A stretch of 64,000 nt of DNA from Oscillospiraceae bacterium (GCA_022800525.1 JAAWQM010000007.1:2917-66916); one strand, 5' to 3'. Shown: positions 8,626-17,857, counted from the stretch's first letter. A program made the numbers and translations. Notes: a model not told the origin generated them from the sequence alone.

Positions 8626-8892
8626 ATGGAAACCAGAGTCATACATACAACGGAGACAGTGAGCGGGAAAACGTATCCGCTGACCATCACCCGGCAGACC
8701 GGGCTTCAGGAAATCCAGGCAGGCGGAGAGCCGGTGCAGGTGGTGGAGCTTACCATCTTTGAAAGCCCTATGGGGACCTCCCGGTGCTTCACGCGGGCCA
8801 TGCCGGAGCCCCCGCCGGAGGTGAGGGCGGACAACCGGAAACGCATTGAGGAGGCGGCGTCCAAAGCCATGACCGGCATGGGTGTCTGGTGA
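8626..8892 (+). CDS. hypothetical small protein divergent from the recombinase
   Basis: 88 aa ORF (METRVIHTTETVSGKTY...). No recognisable domain. Coding status is inferred only from position and length. Confidence 0.35.
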   Translation: METRVIHTTETVSGKTYPLTITRQTGLQEIQAGGEPVQVVELTIFESPMGTSRCFTRAMPEPPPEVRADNRKRIEEAASKAMTGMGVW

Positions 8893-8930
8893 GGGGCCGG
8901 TACAAAGGACGGCCCGGACCGCGCCGCCGC

Positions 8931-10232
8931 CTACAGGTTCCTCTTGTCATCCGTGGCTGGATGATCAATCAGCGTCCCGTCCTCCTGGAAGCGGGAGCCG
9001 TGGCAGGGACAGTCCCAGCTGCGCTCGGCGGCGTTGTATTTCAATGCGCAGCCCATATGGGGACAGCGGGGCGCGGTGGGCGTCAGCAGCCCCAGAACGG
9101 ACGCCAGCCCATTGACTGCCAGCTGGGGGCGGAGGACCGTCCGGGAGGGGGAAAATACAGCCTCACAGGGGTTATCCCGCCCAAGCGCCAAATCCGTCAG
9201 GAGCTTTGCCGCCGCCATGGCGGAGGTCATGCCCCACTTGTTGAAGCCCGTGGCGACATAGAGGTTGGGGGTATTTCTGGCGTACCGCCCGATATAGGGC
9301 GCGCCGTCCAGGGTCATGCAGTCCTGGGTGGCCCAGCGGGCGGCTTCCCGGGCGTCGGGCCAGTATTTCCGCGCGAAGTTCTCCAGCTCCTGCCAGCCGC
9401 CGCCGCGCCTGCCCGTCCTGTGACCGCCGCCGCCTATGAGGAGCAGGCCGCCGTAATTCCGGAAGGACAGCCCCTTCCCGTCTTCGTCCACATACATCCC
9501 GTTTACAGCCGGGGCGTTTTTCAGCGCCAGCACATAGGAGCGGCGCTGGTACAGCTTCAGGAAATAGCCGCCGTGCTTGTTCAGGAGCGGGAAGTGGGTG
9601 GCGATGATGATCTTCTCCGCCGAGATGGTGCCGCCGCTGGTGACCGCCGTTCCGGGGCCCAGCTCCAGGACCTTTGTGCGCTCGAAAATCCGCAGGCCCT
9701 TTGCGATGGCGGCCATGAATTTCAGAGGATGGAACTGCGCCTGGCGCGGGAATTTTACCGCCCCCGCTATGGGGAAGGGCAGAGGTGTTTCCGTGGCCTC
9801 CTCCGCCGGAAAGCCCAGGCGGGACAGAGCCTCCAGCTCCCGGTGAATTTTCTGCGGGCTGCCGGTGGAGTAGACAAAGGCGTCCTTCTCCTCAAAGCCG
9901 CAGTCGATGTCCCGGCACAGCTCACGGTACGCCTCCAGCGCGGACTGATTGGCCTCCAGATAGAGGCGGGCCTTTTCCACGCCGAATTCCCGGATAAGCT
10001 TGTCGTAGATCAGGCCGTGCTGGGATGTGATTTTCGCGGTGGTGTTTCTGGTAATGCCGCCGCCGGTGCGGTCCGCTTCCACCAGGGCGCAGTCCACCCC
10101 CGCCCGGGCCAGCTCATAGGCGCACAGGAGTCCGGCCATGCCGCCGCCTATGACCAGCACGCCGGTTCTCAGGTCTGAGCGCAGGGGTTCCGATCGGGGA
10201 AGCTGCGCCGTTTGGGTCCATATGGAGTCCAT
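8931..10232 (-). CDS. FAD-dependent oxidoreductase with C-terminal Rieske 2Fe-2S domain
   Basis: 433 aa. Dinucleotide fold VLVIGGGMAGL. C-terminal Rieske motifs CPHMGC and CPCHGS. Confidence 0.85.
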   Translation of the reverse strand: MDSIWTQTAQLPRSEPLRSDLRTGVLVIGGGMAGLLCAYELARAGVDCALVEADRTGGGITRNTTAKITSQHGLIYDKLIREFGVEKARLYLEANQSALEAYRELCRDIDCGFEEKDAFVYSTGSPQKIHRELEALSRLGFPAEEATETPLPFPIAGAVKFPRQAQFHPLKFMAAIAKGLRIFERTKVLELGPGTAVTSGGTISAEKIIIATHFPLLNKHGGYFLKLYQRRSYVLALKNAPAVNGMYVDEDGKGLSFRNYGGLLLIGGGGHRTGRRGGGWQELENFARKYWPDAREAARWATQDCMTLDGAPYIGRYARNTPNLYVATGFNKWGMTSAMAAAKLLTDLALGRDNPCEAVFSPSRTVLRPQLAVNGLASVLGLLTPTAPRCPHMGCALKYNAAERSWDCPCHGSRFQEDGTLIDHPATDDKRNL

Positions 10233-10356
10233 ACCATCACCTCAATGGGGTTAGGATGGCCGTAATTGGACGGATTATGCTCTCCCTCCGGCTTGTCTGG
10301 CGGGCGGATTTCTGCTATACTGACGCTGTGAAAACCAGAAGGGAAGAGGTGCGCTG

Positions 10357-11340
10357 ATGAAAATTGCAATTGTTGGGACCGGAAAGATCGTGGAGGATGT
10401 TCTCCCCCATCTTGCGGGGTGGGGCTGGGAGACGGCGGCGGTCTGCGCCACGGCGCGCAGCGCTGAGAAGGGGCGGGCCCTGGCCGCGCAGTGCGGCCAG
10501 CCGCCGGTATATACGGATTACGCCGCCATGCTGGAGGGCGCGGAGGCAGATGCGGTCTACATCGCCGTGCCCAACTCCCTGCATACGGAGATGGCGCGGC
10601 AGGCGCTCCGGGCGGGATGGAACGTCATTGCTGAGAAGCCCATGTCCAGCAATCTCCGGGAAGCGGAGGAGCTGGCGGCCCTGGCGGAAGTCAGGCGGCT
10701 GTTCCTGTATGAGGCCGTCACCACTGTCTATCAGCCGGATTACGCCGCGCTGCGGGAGCAGCTGCCCCAGGTGGGGGAGGTCAGGCTGGTCAGCTGCAAT
10801 TTCAGCCAGTACAGCAGCCGCTATGACGCCTTCCGCAGGGGAGAGGTCCCGGCGGCCTTTGACCCGGCGCGGTCCGGCGGGGCGCTGATGGACCTGAACC
10901 TGTATAACTTCCACTGGCTTGCGGGCCTGTTCGGGGAGCCGGAGGAGCTGGCGTATTCCGCCAACGTGGAGCGGGGGATTGATACCAGCGGGGTGGTGAC
11001 GCTGCGGTATCCTGGCTTCCAGGCGGTCAGCATCGCGGCCAAAGACTGCTCCGCTCCCAGCCGGTACGTCATCCAGGGGGCCGAAGGCTGTCTGACGCAG
11101 GATACCCCCGCCAACCTGTGCGGCGCGGTGACGCTGCGCCGGAAGGATGGCGGTGTGGAGCGCTTCCACACGCCGGTGGAGCACCGGATGGAGATGGAGT
11201 TCCGTGCGTTCGCCCGGCAGATGCAGGCGGGGGACCTGGCCGCCTGCTATGAAATGCTCCGGCGCAGCCTGCTGGTCAGCGGGCTGCTGACCAGGGCCCG
11301 GCAGTCTGCGGGAATCCGCTTCCCGGCGGACCGGGCGTAA
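10357..11340 (+). CDS. Gfo/Idh/MocA family oxidoreductase
   Basis: MKIAIVGTGKIVEDV Rossmann start and the characteristic VIAEKP motif. Confidence 0.85.
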   Translation: MKIAIVGTGKIVEDVLPHLAGWGWETAAVCATARSAEKGRALAAQCGQPPVYTDYAAMLEGAEADAVYIAVPNSLHTEMARQALRAGWNVIAEKPMSSNLREAEELAALAEVRRLFLYEAVTTVYQPDYAALREQLPQVGEVRLVSCNFSQYSSRYDAFRRGEVPAAFDPARSGGALMDLNLYNFHWLAGLFGEPEELAYSANVERGIDTSGVVTLRYPGFQAVSIAAKDCSAPSRYVIQGAEGCLTQDTPANLCGAVTLRRKDGGVERFHTPVEHRMEMEFRAFARQMQAGDLAACYEMLRRSLLVSGLLTRARQSAGIRFPADRA

Positions 11341-11346
11341 AACAGA

Positions 11347-11383
11347 AGCGGCGGCGGTCCCGTGTTCCCACGGGGCCGCCGCT
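11347..11383. terminator. GC-rich hairpin between convergent genes
   Basis: AGCGGCGGCGGTCCCGTG-TTCC-CACGGGGCCGCCGCT. Confidence 0.6.
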
Positions 11384-11396
11384 GTTATGAAAGGCG

Positions 11397-12155
11397 TTAA
11401 GGCTCCTGTCCCGGCTCCTCCCCGCCGTTGACCATGGCCTCGTCCTCCTCGGCCCCGGTCATGAGGGAGAGGAAGCGCAGCCGCCGGTCCCGGATGCGCA
11501 GCATCAGCGCGAAGGCCAGCAGCAGCGGCAGGCAGCACAGCAGGATGGCCGCCTCGCCCCAGGACTGGGAGAGGACGCCTCCGGCGGCCGCGCCGGCGAG
11601 GAAAAAGACGATGACGATGAAGTACACCGCCGCCTTGTGACGGCGGGAGTCCTCGCCGGTCTTCCGCCAGTAGTACAGGTTCTCCATGGCGCTGCGCAGG
11701 TTGCCGATGCACATGGTGGTGGCGTAGGAGCTGCCCTCCAGCTCCCGGAATGCCTCCACCTGCATGGCGCATACGAAGCTCACCAGCATGTTCGCCGGAA
11801 GGTTCCAGCTCTGGGGCATCCAGCTCACGCCCATCAGCAGGATGATCTCCACCAGCAGCACCGCGTGCCGCCAGTGCATGGCGATGCCTCTGCTGTGGAA
11901 GCGGGTGTGGATGACCTCCGCCATATACACCCCTCCGGCGAAGGCAATCAGCGGCATCAGGTACCTCAGGGCGATTTCCCAGTTGCCCAGCATCAGGTTC
12001 TGGCCCAGCAGGACGATGTTGCCGGTCTGGGCGTTGGCAAAGACCTCGTCACGGACATTGTAGGTGTAGGCGTCCTGTAAGCCGCCGGAGACGCTGAGCA
12101 GCGCCCCCACCAGGAGGGAATCGGAAGCCTGCTTCGCCCGGTATTTCTTTTCCAT
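11397..12155 (-). CDS. YoaK/DUF1275 family membrane protein
   Basis: 252 aa. SVSGGLQDAYTYNVRDEVFANAQTGNIVLLG is the typical DUF1275 N-terminus. Confidence 0.8.
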   Translation of the reverse strand: MEKKYRAKQASDSLLVGALLSVSGGLQDAYTYNVRDEVFANAQTGNIVLLGQNLMLGNWEIALRYLMPLIAFAGGVYMAEVIHTRFHSRGIAMHWRHAVLLVEIILLMGVSWMPQSWNLPANMLVSFVCAMQVEAFRELEGSSYATTMCIGNLRSAMENLYYWRKTGEDSRRHKAAVYFIVIVFFLAGAAAGGVLSQSWGEAAILLCCLPLLLAFALMLRIRDRRLRFLSLMTGAEEDEAMVNGGEEPGQEP

Positions 12156-12201
12156 AGAGTCACCTCCTGGTGTGGTGGATGAAGGGCCCCGCAGGGCGGT
12201 A

Positions 12202-13809
12202 TCAGAAATCCTTCTTCAGGGAGTTGTATGTGGGCAGCAGCCTGGGGGAGACCTTTTCCGAAGCGATGCCCGCCGCCTCCAGGCCCTGCCGGAACTGCTC
12301 CGCGTGGGCCAGGGACAGCTTTCCAGGCTGGACGCTCCTGCATTTATCGGCGGCGTTCCGCCCGGCGCTGCGGCCAAAGACGATGATGTCCAGCAGGCTG
12401 TTGCCCATCAGACGGTTGCGGCCATGGATGCCGCCCACCACCTCGCCTGCGGCGAAGAGGTTTTCCACGTCCGTCTGGCCGCCTGCGGTGATGTGCAGGC
12501 CGCCGTTCTGGTAGTGCAGGGTGGGGTAGACCAGGATGGGCTCCACCCGGATGTCGATGCCGTACTTGCCGAACATGCGCATCATGGCGGGGATACGCTT
12601 CTCGATGGCGCCCTTGCCGTGCTTCATCTCGATCATGGGGGTGTCCAGCCACACGGCGTATCCGGCGGGGGTCTTGACCCCGTTGCCCCGGTCGGAGCAC
12701 TCCCGGATGATGGCGGCGGCGGAGACGTCGCGGGTCTCCAGGGGGTTCATGAACGCCTCGCCGTTGGCGTTGATGAGCATCGCGCCCACGCTGCGGACCT
12801 TTTCCGTCACCAGCGCGCCGAAAATCTGCGCCGGGAAGGCCGCCCCGGTGGGGTGGTATTGCAGGGTATCGGCGTACAGCAGCTTCGCGCCCGCGCGGTA
12901 GCCCAGGATCAGGCCGTCGGCGGTGGCGCCGTAGTGGTTGGAGGTGGGGAAGCCCTGGTAGTGCAGCCGCCCCGCGCCGCCGGTGGCCAGGATGACCGTC
13001 CTGGCCCGGGCCAGCTTCAGCTCCCGGGTCTCCATATTCATCAGGACCGCGCCTGCGCATCTGCCGTTCTCGTCCAGTACCAGCTCAATGGCGGCGGTGA
13101 AGTCCACTACGGGGATGTTCCGGTTGAGGACCTCGTCCCGCAGGGTGCGCATGATCTCCGCGCCGGAGTAGTCCTTGGCCGCGTGCATCCGCTTCCGGGA
13201 GGTGCCGCCGCCGTGGGTGGTGATCATGGCGCCGTCGGGGGCCTTGTCGAACTCCACCCCCAGCTCGCTCAGCCACCGGATGGCCTCCGGGGCCTCCGTC
13301 ACCAGCTTTGCCAGCAGGTCCTTCTGGGCGGCGAAGTGTCCGCCGCCGTAGGCGTCCAGGAAGTGCTGGGCGGGGGAGTCGTTGGGCTTGTCGGCGGCCT
13401 GGATGCCGCCCTCCGCCATCATGGTGTTGGCGTCGCCCATGCGCAGCTTGGTTACCACCATGACCTTCGCCCCGGCCTGGTGGGCTTCAATCGCGGCGGA
13501 GGTCCCCGCGCCGCCGCCGCCGATGACCAGCACGTCCACGTCGTAGTCCGGCGCGGTCAGGTCCACGTCCGCCGCCGTAATGCGGGGGTTGGCCTGGAGC
13601 AGGTCCGCCAGCTCGTGGGGTACCTTGTCCCCCTTGTTGGGACCGGCCTGCAGGATTTGGAACTGGTCCTCCCGGTAGTCGGGATGGTAGGTTTTCAGCA
13701 GCTGGTCCTTCTCTTCGGCGGTCATGCGCCGGGGGTCCAGCTTCACGTTTTCCGCACGGGCGGCGGCCACTTTTTCAGCCGACGCCTGGATCACAGGATC
13801 AAGATACAT
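12202..13809 (-). CDS. soluble fumarate reductase/succinate dehydrogenase-type flavoprotein (FrdA-like)
   Basis: 535 aa. VLVIGGGGAGTSAA FAD fold preceded by a ~90-aa N-terminal extension. Motifs seen: LQYHPTG, TEKVRS (catalytic Arg position), PTLHYQNGG, HGRNRLMGNSL. Confidence 0.8.
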   Translation of the reverse strand: MYLDPVIQASAEKVAAARAENVKLDPRRMTAEEKDQLLKTYHPDYREDQFQILQAGPNKGDKVPHELADLLQANPRITAADVDLTAPDYDVDVLVIGGGGAGTSAAIEAHQAGAKVMVVTKLRMGDANTMMAEGGIQAADKPNDSPAQHFLDAYGGGHFAAQKDLLAKLVTEAPEAIRWLSELGVEFDKAPDGAMITTHGGGTSRKRMHAAKDYSGAEIMRTLRDEVLNRNIPVVDFTAAIELVLDENGRCAGAVLMNMETRELKLARARTVILATGGAGRLHYQGFPTSNHYGATADGLILGYRAGAKLLYADTLQYHPTGAAFPAQIFGALVTEKVRSVGAMLINANGEAFMNPLETRDVSAAAIIRECSDRGNGVKTPAGYAVWLDTPMIEMKHGKGAIEKRIPAMMRMFGKYGIDIRVEPILVYPTLHYQNGGLHITAGGQTDVENLFAAGEVVGGIHGRNRLMGNSLLDIIVFGRSAGRNAADKCRSVQPGKLSLAHAEQFRQGLEAAGIASEKVSPRLLPTYNSLKKDF

Positions 13810-13823
13810 GTCCGCAGCCCTCC

Positions 13824-14498
13824 TTATTTCTCAATTTCACGGTTGTTGTACAGCTCCTGCATCTCCTCGATGGACTTGCCCATCAGGCTCTCAATGAGCG
13901 GGATGAACTTGCCGTCCCGGATTTCCGCAATCCGCTCGTCCAGGTGATCGCAGTGGGGTGCCAGATATTTTCCGTTGAGCCGCCGCGCCAGCATCGCCAC
14001 CTGGGGGTGGGAGATGCCCGCCGGGCACCGGGAGGAGCACACGCCGCACATCACGCAGTCGAAGGACTCCTCGGCGCACTTCTCGTACTCGCCCCGCTGG
14101 GCATAGGCGATGTACTGCATCACGTCCAGGCCCTGGGTACACGCCTTGGTGCAGGCGCTGCAGCCCACGCAGGCGTAGATTTCAGGGTACAGCTGCATCA
14201 TGATCTGCTCGGTGGGCTTGACCTTTTCGATGTCATAGATTTCCTTCACCAGCGGGAAGAAGGGAAGGGCAGCTACGTACATGTTGTCCTCTACCTTGGT
14301 GGAGCAGGCCAGACAGCCCTTCAGCTCCCGGTCCCCGGCGATGCGGTAGATGGTGGCGCAGGCCCCGCAGAACCCGTTGCGGCACCCGCAGCCCCGGACC
14401 AGCTGATAGCCCGCGTACTCCATGGCCTCCATGATGGTCAGACTCTCGGGAACCTGATACCGCTTCCCGAAGAGATAAACAGTTACCATTTGTTCCAT
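13824..14498 (-). CDS. FrdB/SdhB-like iron-sulfur protein (2Fe-2S + two 4Fe-4S-type motifs)
   Basis: 224 aa. CGCRNGFCGAC...C plant-type 2Fe-2S motif, then CVGCSACTKAC and CVMCGVCSSRCP. Confidence 0.75.
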   Translation of the reverse strand: MEQMVTVYLFGKRYQVPESLTIMEAMEYAGYQLVRGCGCRNGFCGACATIYRIAGDRELKGCLACSTKVEDNMYVAALPFFPLVKEIYDIEKVKPTEQIMMQLYPEIYACVGCSACTKACTQGLDVMQYIAYAQRGEYEKCAEESFDCVMCGVCSSRCPAGISHPQVAMLARRLNGKYLAPHCDHLDERIAEIRDGKFIPLIESLMGKSIEEMQELYNNREIEK

Positions 14499-14520
14499 AT
14501 ATACAACTCCTCAAAAATGA

Positions 14521-14628
14521 ACGGACGAGGGAGTGTTGGACTCCGTCCAAACCTGCCAGGGGCCTTGCCCCTGGACCCCACGGCCTTTGAAAAGGCCGGC
14601 GAAACTTTTCTTATCGCTTCGCGTCCGT
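14521..14628 (+). repeat. modular multi-hairpin intergenic repeat, copy A (core 14531-14609)
   Basis: GAGTGTTGG..CCAA / CCAGGGG..CCCCTGG / GGCCTTTGAAAAGGCC / GCGAAACTTTT, flanked by ACGGACG...CGTCCGT. Shares its ends and hairpin layout with copies at 21045, 44953 and 63267. Confidence 0.8.
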
Positions 14629-14632
14629 GATC

Positions 14633-15460
14633 TCAGTACTCATCAGGCAATTGGTCCAGCTGGTCCAGCCGGAACACGGGACCGTCCTTGCAGACGTACT
14701 TGTCGCCGATGTTGCACCGCCCGCAGCGGCCCAGGGCGCACTTCATGCGCAGCTCCAGGGTGGTATAAATCTGCTCTCTCGGGAAGCCCTGCTCCATCAG
14801 CCCCGCCAGGGTGAATTTGATCATGACGGGCGGGCCGCACATGATGACCGTTTTTCCTGTATCGAACCCCAGCTCCTTGACGTAGTTGGGCACAAAGCCT
14901 ACGTGGCCGTCCCAGTCCGGCTGGGGGTTGTCGATGGTCAGATGGACGGAGATGCCGTCCTCTTTGCACCATTCGTCCAGGATTTCCTGATAGTCCACCA
15001 GATCGGCCTTGCTTCGGGAGCCGTAGACGATGTCCACGCTGCCGTAGCGGTCCCGGTAGTGCCGGACGTAGTTGATGACGCTCCGCAGGGGAGCCAGCCC
15101 GATGCCGCCCGCCACGAATACCAGGTCCTTTCCGGCAAACGCGGTATCCACCGGGAAGCCGTTGCCGTAGGGACCCCGCAGCGTCACCTGCTGCCCCGGC
15201 TCGACGGCGTGGAGCCAGTCGGTGACACAGCCGCACTTCTTGATAGAAAACTCCAGGTGTTCCTCGTTGGTAGGGGAGGAGGTAATCGAGAACAGAGCTT
15301 CCCCGATGCCCGGCATGGACAGCATGGCGCACTGTCCGGGGATATGGAGGAAGGGCTTTCTGCCGTCCAGACCCACCACCTGGAAGGTTTTTACGTCCGG
15401 GGTGTCCTGGCGGATGGCGGTCACCTGGGCCACCATGGGAATCAAAGCGTCGGGTCTCAT
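14633..15460 (-). CDS. flxA: FlxA-like FAD/NAD(P)H-binding 2Fe-2S oxidoreductase (AsrB/PyrK/HydG family)
   Basis: 275 aa from ATG (CAT 15458-15460), ATGA overlap with the upstream gene. FVAGGIGLAPL NAD-binding region. C-terminal CALGRCGRCNIG...C 2Fe-2S motif. Confidence 0.8.
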   Translation of the reverse strand: MRPDALIPMVAQVTAIRQDTPDVKTFQVVGLDGRKPFLHIPGQCAMLSMPGIGEALFSITSSPTNEEHLEFSIKKCGCVTDWLHAVEPGQQVTLRGPYGNGFPVDTAFAGKDLVFVAGGIGLAPLRSVINYVRHYRDRYGSVDIVYGSRSKADLVDYQEILDEWCKEDGISVHLTIDNPQPDWDGHVGFVPNYVKELGFDTGKTVIMCGPPVMIKFTLAGLMEQGFPREQIYTTLELRMKCALGRCGRCNIGDKYVCKDGPVFRLDQLDQLPDEY

Positions 15461-16461
15461 GCCTTCGCCTCCTCTCCCAGGGTCCTGGCAACCTTGACGA
15501 TGTTCATGGAAATGGGGCACTTTTGCAGGCACCGCCCGCAGCCCACGCACCCGAACTCGCCCTCGTGGCTGGAGGGATAGTATACCAGCTTGTGCATGAA
15601 CCGCTGCCGGAACCGTTCCAGCTGGGTAGGCCGGGGCTGACCGGCGGACATGAGGGTAAAGTCGGAGTACATGCAGCTGTCCCAGCAGCGGAACCGCTTC
15701 ACGCCGCCGCTGGTTTTGAAGTCCTTTACGTCGTAGCATTGGCAGGTGGGACACACGAAGGTGCAGGTCCCGCACCCCAGGCAGCTCTCCGCCAGGGACG
15801 CCCATTCCGGAGAATGGAACCGCTCCATCATGTGCTCCCCGCCGAACGCGCTCCAGTCCAGCTCCTTCAGGGGCAGGCGGTCAAAGACCGATTTGTCCTG
15901 TTCCGGCTTCTCGCCGTCCTTCAGCATGGGAAGGGACGCCAGCAGGGCTTCGCCCTTCTCCGTGTTGGCCCGCAGGTACAGCCAGCCGTCCGCCATCCAG
16001 CCCGACACGTCCCCGGCGGGGTCCGTGGGGTCGATGCCCAGGGCGGTGCAGAAGCAGGTCTCCTCCGGCTCGGTACAGGCCAGGGTCACCACTGTGGCGT
16101 GTTTCCTGCGGGTTTCGTAATACGAATCCACAGGATCGCAAAGGAATACTTTGTCCAGGATATCGAAGCTCCGGCAGTCGCAGGCCCGCACGCCGAAAAT
16201 CACAAACGGTTCGGCAGGGTCCCGGCTCTCGATGACCTCAATTTGCTTGCCGGTGACCTTGAAGTCCACAAGATTTTCCACCTGGGGAAAGAACAGGTCC
16301 TTCCCGCTGCGGTTGGTGTTCAGGGCGGCGGTCAGCTCCAGACCCTCGCGCCAGAGGGTAAACGCCGCCGTTTTGGCCTCCCCGGCGGGGATGTAGAGCT
16401 TCCGGTCCGCCGCGATGGCGGCAAAGAGAGCTTGCAGCTGAGAAACAGGGAGTTTTTTCAC
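15457..16461 (-). CDS. flxB: FlxB-like 4Fe-4S protein (AsrA / sulfhydrogenase beta family)
   Basis: 334 aa. CLGCGTCTFVCPTC and CVGCGRCLQKCP cluster motifs. Confidence 0.75.
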   Translation of the reverse strand: MKKLPVSQLQALFAAIAADRKLYIPAGEAKTAAFTLWREGLELTAALNTNRSGKDLFFPQVENLVDFKVTGKQIEVIESRDPAEPFVIFGVRACDCRSFDILDKVFLCDPVDSYYETRRKHATVVTLACTEPEETCFCTALGIDPTDPAGDVSGWMADGWLYLRANTEKGEALLASLPMLKDGEKPEQDKSVFDRLPLKELDWSAFGGEHMMERFHSPEWASLAESCLGCGTCTFVCPTCQCYDVKDFKTSGGVKRFRCWDSCMYSDFTLMSAGQPRPTQLERFRQRFMHKLVYYPSSHEGEFGCVGCGRCLQKCPISMNIVKVARTLGEEAKA

Positions 16462-17432
16462 CGATTTGTCCCCCTTTCATGGACGATGGAGGGCTCCGGG
16501 TCGTCCGTCTGGAAGTTCACCAGCGGAGGACGGGTCTCCATGTCCGCCCCGGCCTGATAATCGCCGTAGAGCTCGTTGATGTCCTTGATGAATTTCCGGT
16601 TGAGCAGGTGCAGGGGAATGTGCTGGGGGCAGACCCTGGAGCACTCGCCGCAGTCGGTGCAGCGTCCCGCCACGTGGAACGCCCGGATGATATGGAACAG
16701 GTTTTCCTCAAAGCTGTTGGCCGCCGCCTTGTTCTCCGCGCCGGAATCGGGGTTGTCGAACACGCACTTCTCGCAGGAGCAGGCGGGACACACGTTCCGG
16801 CAGGCGTTGCAGCGGATGCAGCGGCTCAGCTCATTGCGCCAGAAGGCAAACCGCTCGTCCGGCGTCATGGCCTCCAGCCTCGCCACCTCATCAAAGCGGG
16901 CGGATGCCAGCTCTTCGCCCTGGTCCCCGATGATCTCATCGCAGCCCAGCAGCTTCCGGCTCTTGCAGACCTTGCAGCGTTCCGCCAGCGCGGCGGCGCG
17001 GTCCATGGTCCTGTCGCCGTACATGGTGCGGACCAGCAGGGCCTCCCCCTGGTCCTCCGCGCCCAGAATGCCCTTCATTCCGGCGGCCTTCACCGCCTCG
17101 ATATCGCACATCCCCGCGCACTGTACGCCAACCGCGTACACGTTCTCCCGCAGGATGCGGTGCTCCTTCTGGAGCTGCTGGAAGGAACAGGTGTCGCAGG
17201 GCTTGAGGAACGCCCCCACCCTGCCGCCCTTCCGGCTCTCGGCAATGAGGTACTTCGATTGATTGGCCCCGCAGAAGGGGCCGTAGACGAACTCATTTTC
17301 AATTTCTTCCCTGCTGGTGAAGACGGCGGGGGTCACGTCGTAGAAAAACTCCCCGGCTTTCCAGCCCAGGACCCGGTCGCACGCGCCGTTTTCCAGCAGC
17401 TCGATGGCTTTCGCCTTTACTCGCTCTTGCAT
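16458..17432 (-). CDS. flxC: FlxC-like iron-sulfur protein
   Basis: 324 aa. CIRCNACRNVCPAC and CTDCGECSRVCP. ATGA overlap with flxB. Confidence 0.7.
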   Translation of the reverse strand: MQERVKAKAIELLENGACDRVLGWKAGEFFYDVTPAVFTSREEIENEFVYGPFCGANQSKYLIAESRKGGRVGAFLKPCDTCSFQQLQKEHRILRENVYAVGVQCAGMCDIEAVKAAGMKGILGAEDQGEALLVRTMYGDRTMDRAAALAERCKVCKSRKLLGCDEIIGDQGEELASARFDEVARLEAMTPDERFAFWRNELSRCIRCNACRNVCPACSCEKCVFDNPDSGAENKAAANSFEENLFHIIRAFHVAGRCTDCGECSRVCPQHIPLHLLNRKFIKDINELYGDYQAGADMETRPPLVNFQTDDPEPSIVHERGTNR

Positions 17433-17857
17433 CGCAGGTCCTCCAATCTCTTATTCTCGCCCAGGCGGGTGACGGTCTCCACAAAATCGTTCATGGTGGC
17501 GGCGAACTTCGCGCCCTCGGCGGCGGAGACCCACTCCACCCTGGTCCGCTCCCGCTCGATGCCCAGATAGTCCAGCATGGAGAACAGCAGCGTCATGCGC
17601 CTGCGGGCGTAGTAGTTGCCGGTGGTGTAGTGGCAGTCGCCGGGGTGGCAGCCGCACAGGATCACGCCGTCCGCGCCCCGCTGGAAGGCCCGCAGGATGA
17701 ACAGCGGGTTCAGGCGGCAGGAGCAGGGGATACGGATGATCTTCACGTCGGCGGGGTATTGCAGCCGGTTGGTGCCCGCCAGGTCCGCGCCCGCGTAGGA
17801 GCACCAGTTGCAGCAGAAGGCCACGATGGTGGGCTTGAAGGTTTCGTTTACTTGCAT
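17417..17857 (-). CDS. flxD: MvhD/FlxD-type methyl-viologen-reducing hydrogenase delta subunit
   Basis: 146 aa from internal ATG (CAT 17855-17857). IVAFCCNWCSYAGADLAG...IRIPCSCRLNP...ILCGCHPGDCHY is the MvhD signature. Confidence 0.85.
   Translation of the reverse strand: MQVNETFKPTIVAFCCNWCSYAGADLAGTNRLQYPADVKIIRIPCSCRLNPLFILRAFQRGADGVILCGCHPGDCHYTTGNYYARRRMTLLFSMLDYLGIERERTRVEWVSAAEGAKFAATMNDFVETVTRLGENKRLEDLRCKSE

Noticed and set aside
6800-8892. Interpretation as a complete minimal skin-like intervening element (recombinase only) splitting a sporulation gene.
   Set aside because: The 3' half of the interrupted gene is not found immediately beyond the recombinase (8485-8930) or anywhere else in the window. 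I could see no matching att-like repeat. It is kept only as a truncated-junction observation.
12172-13947. 591-aa plus-strand ORF opposite the FrdA-like gene. Similar long antisense ORFs lie at 6940-8469, 8889-10178, 10315-11772, 15523-16557, 16479-17570, 18124-19275, 21047-22201 and 22516-23787.
   Set aside because: These are shadow ORFs typical of high-GC DNA. Their translations are Arg/Gly/Ala/Pro/His-rich with no motifs and no RBS. In every case the opposite strand encodes a protein with clear family signatures.
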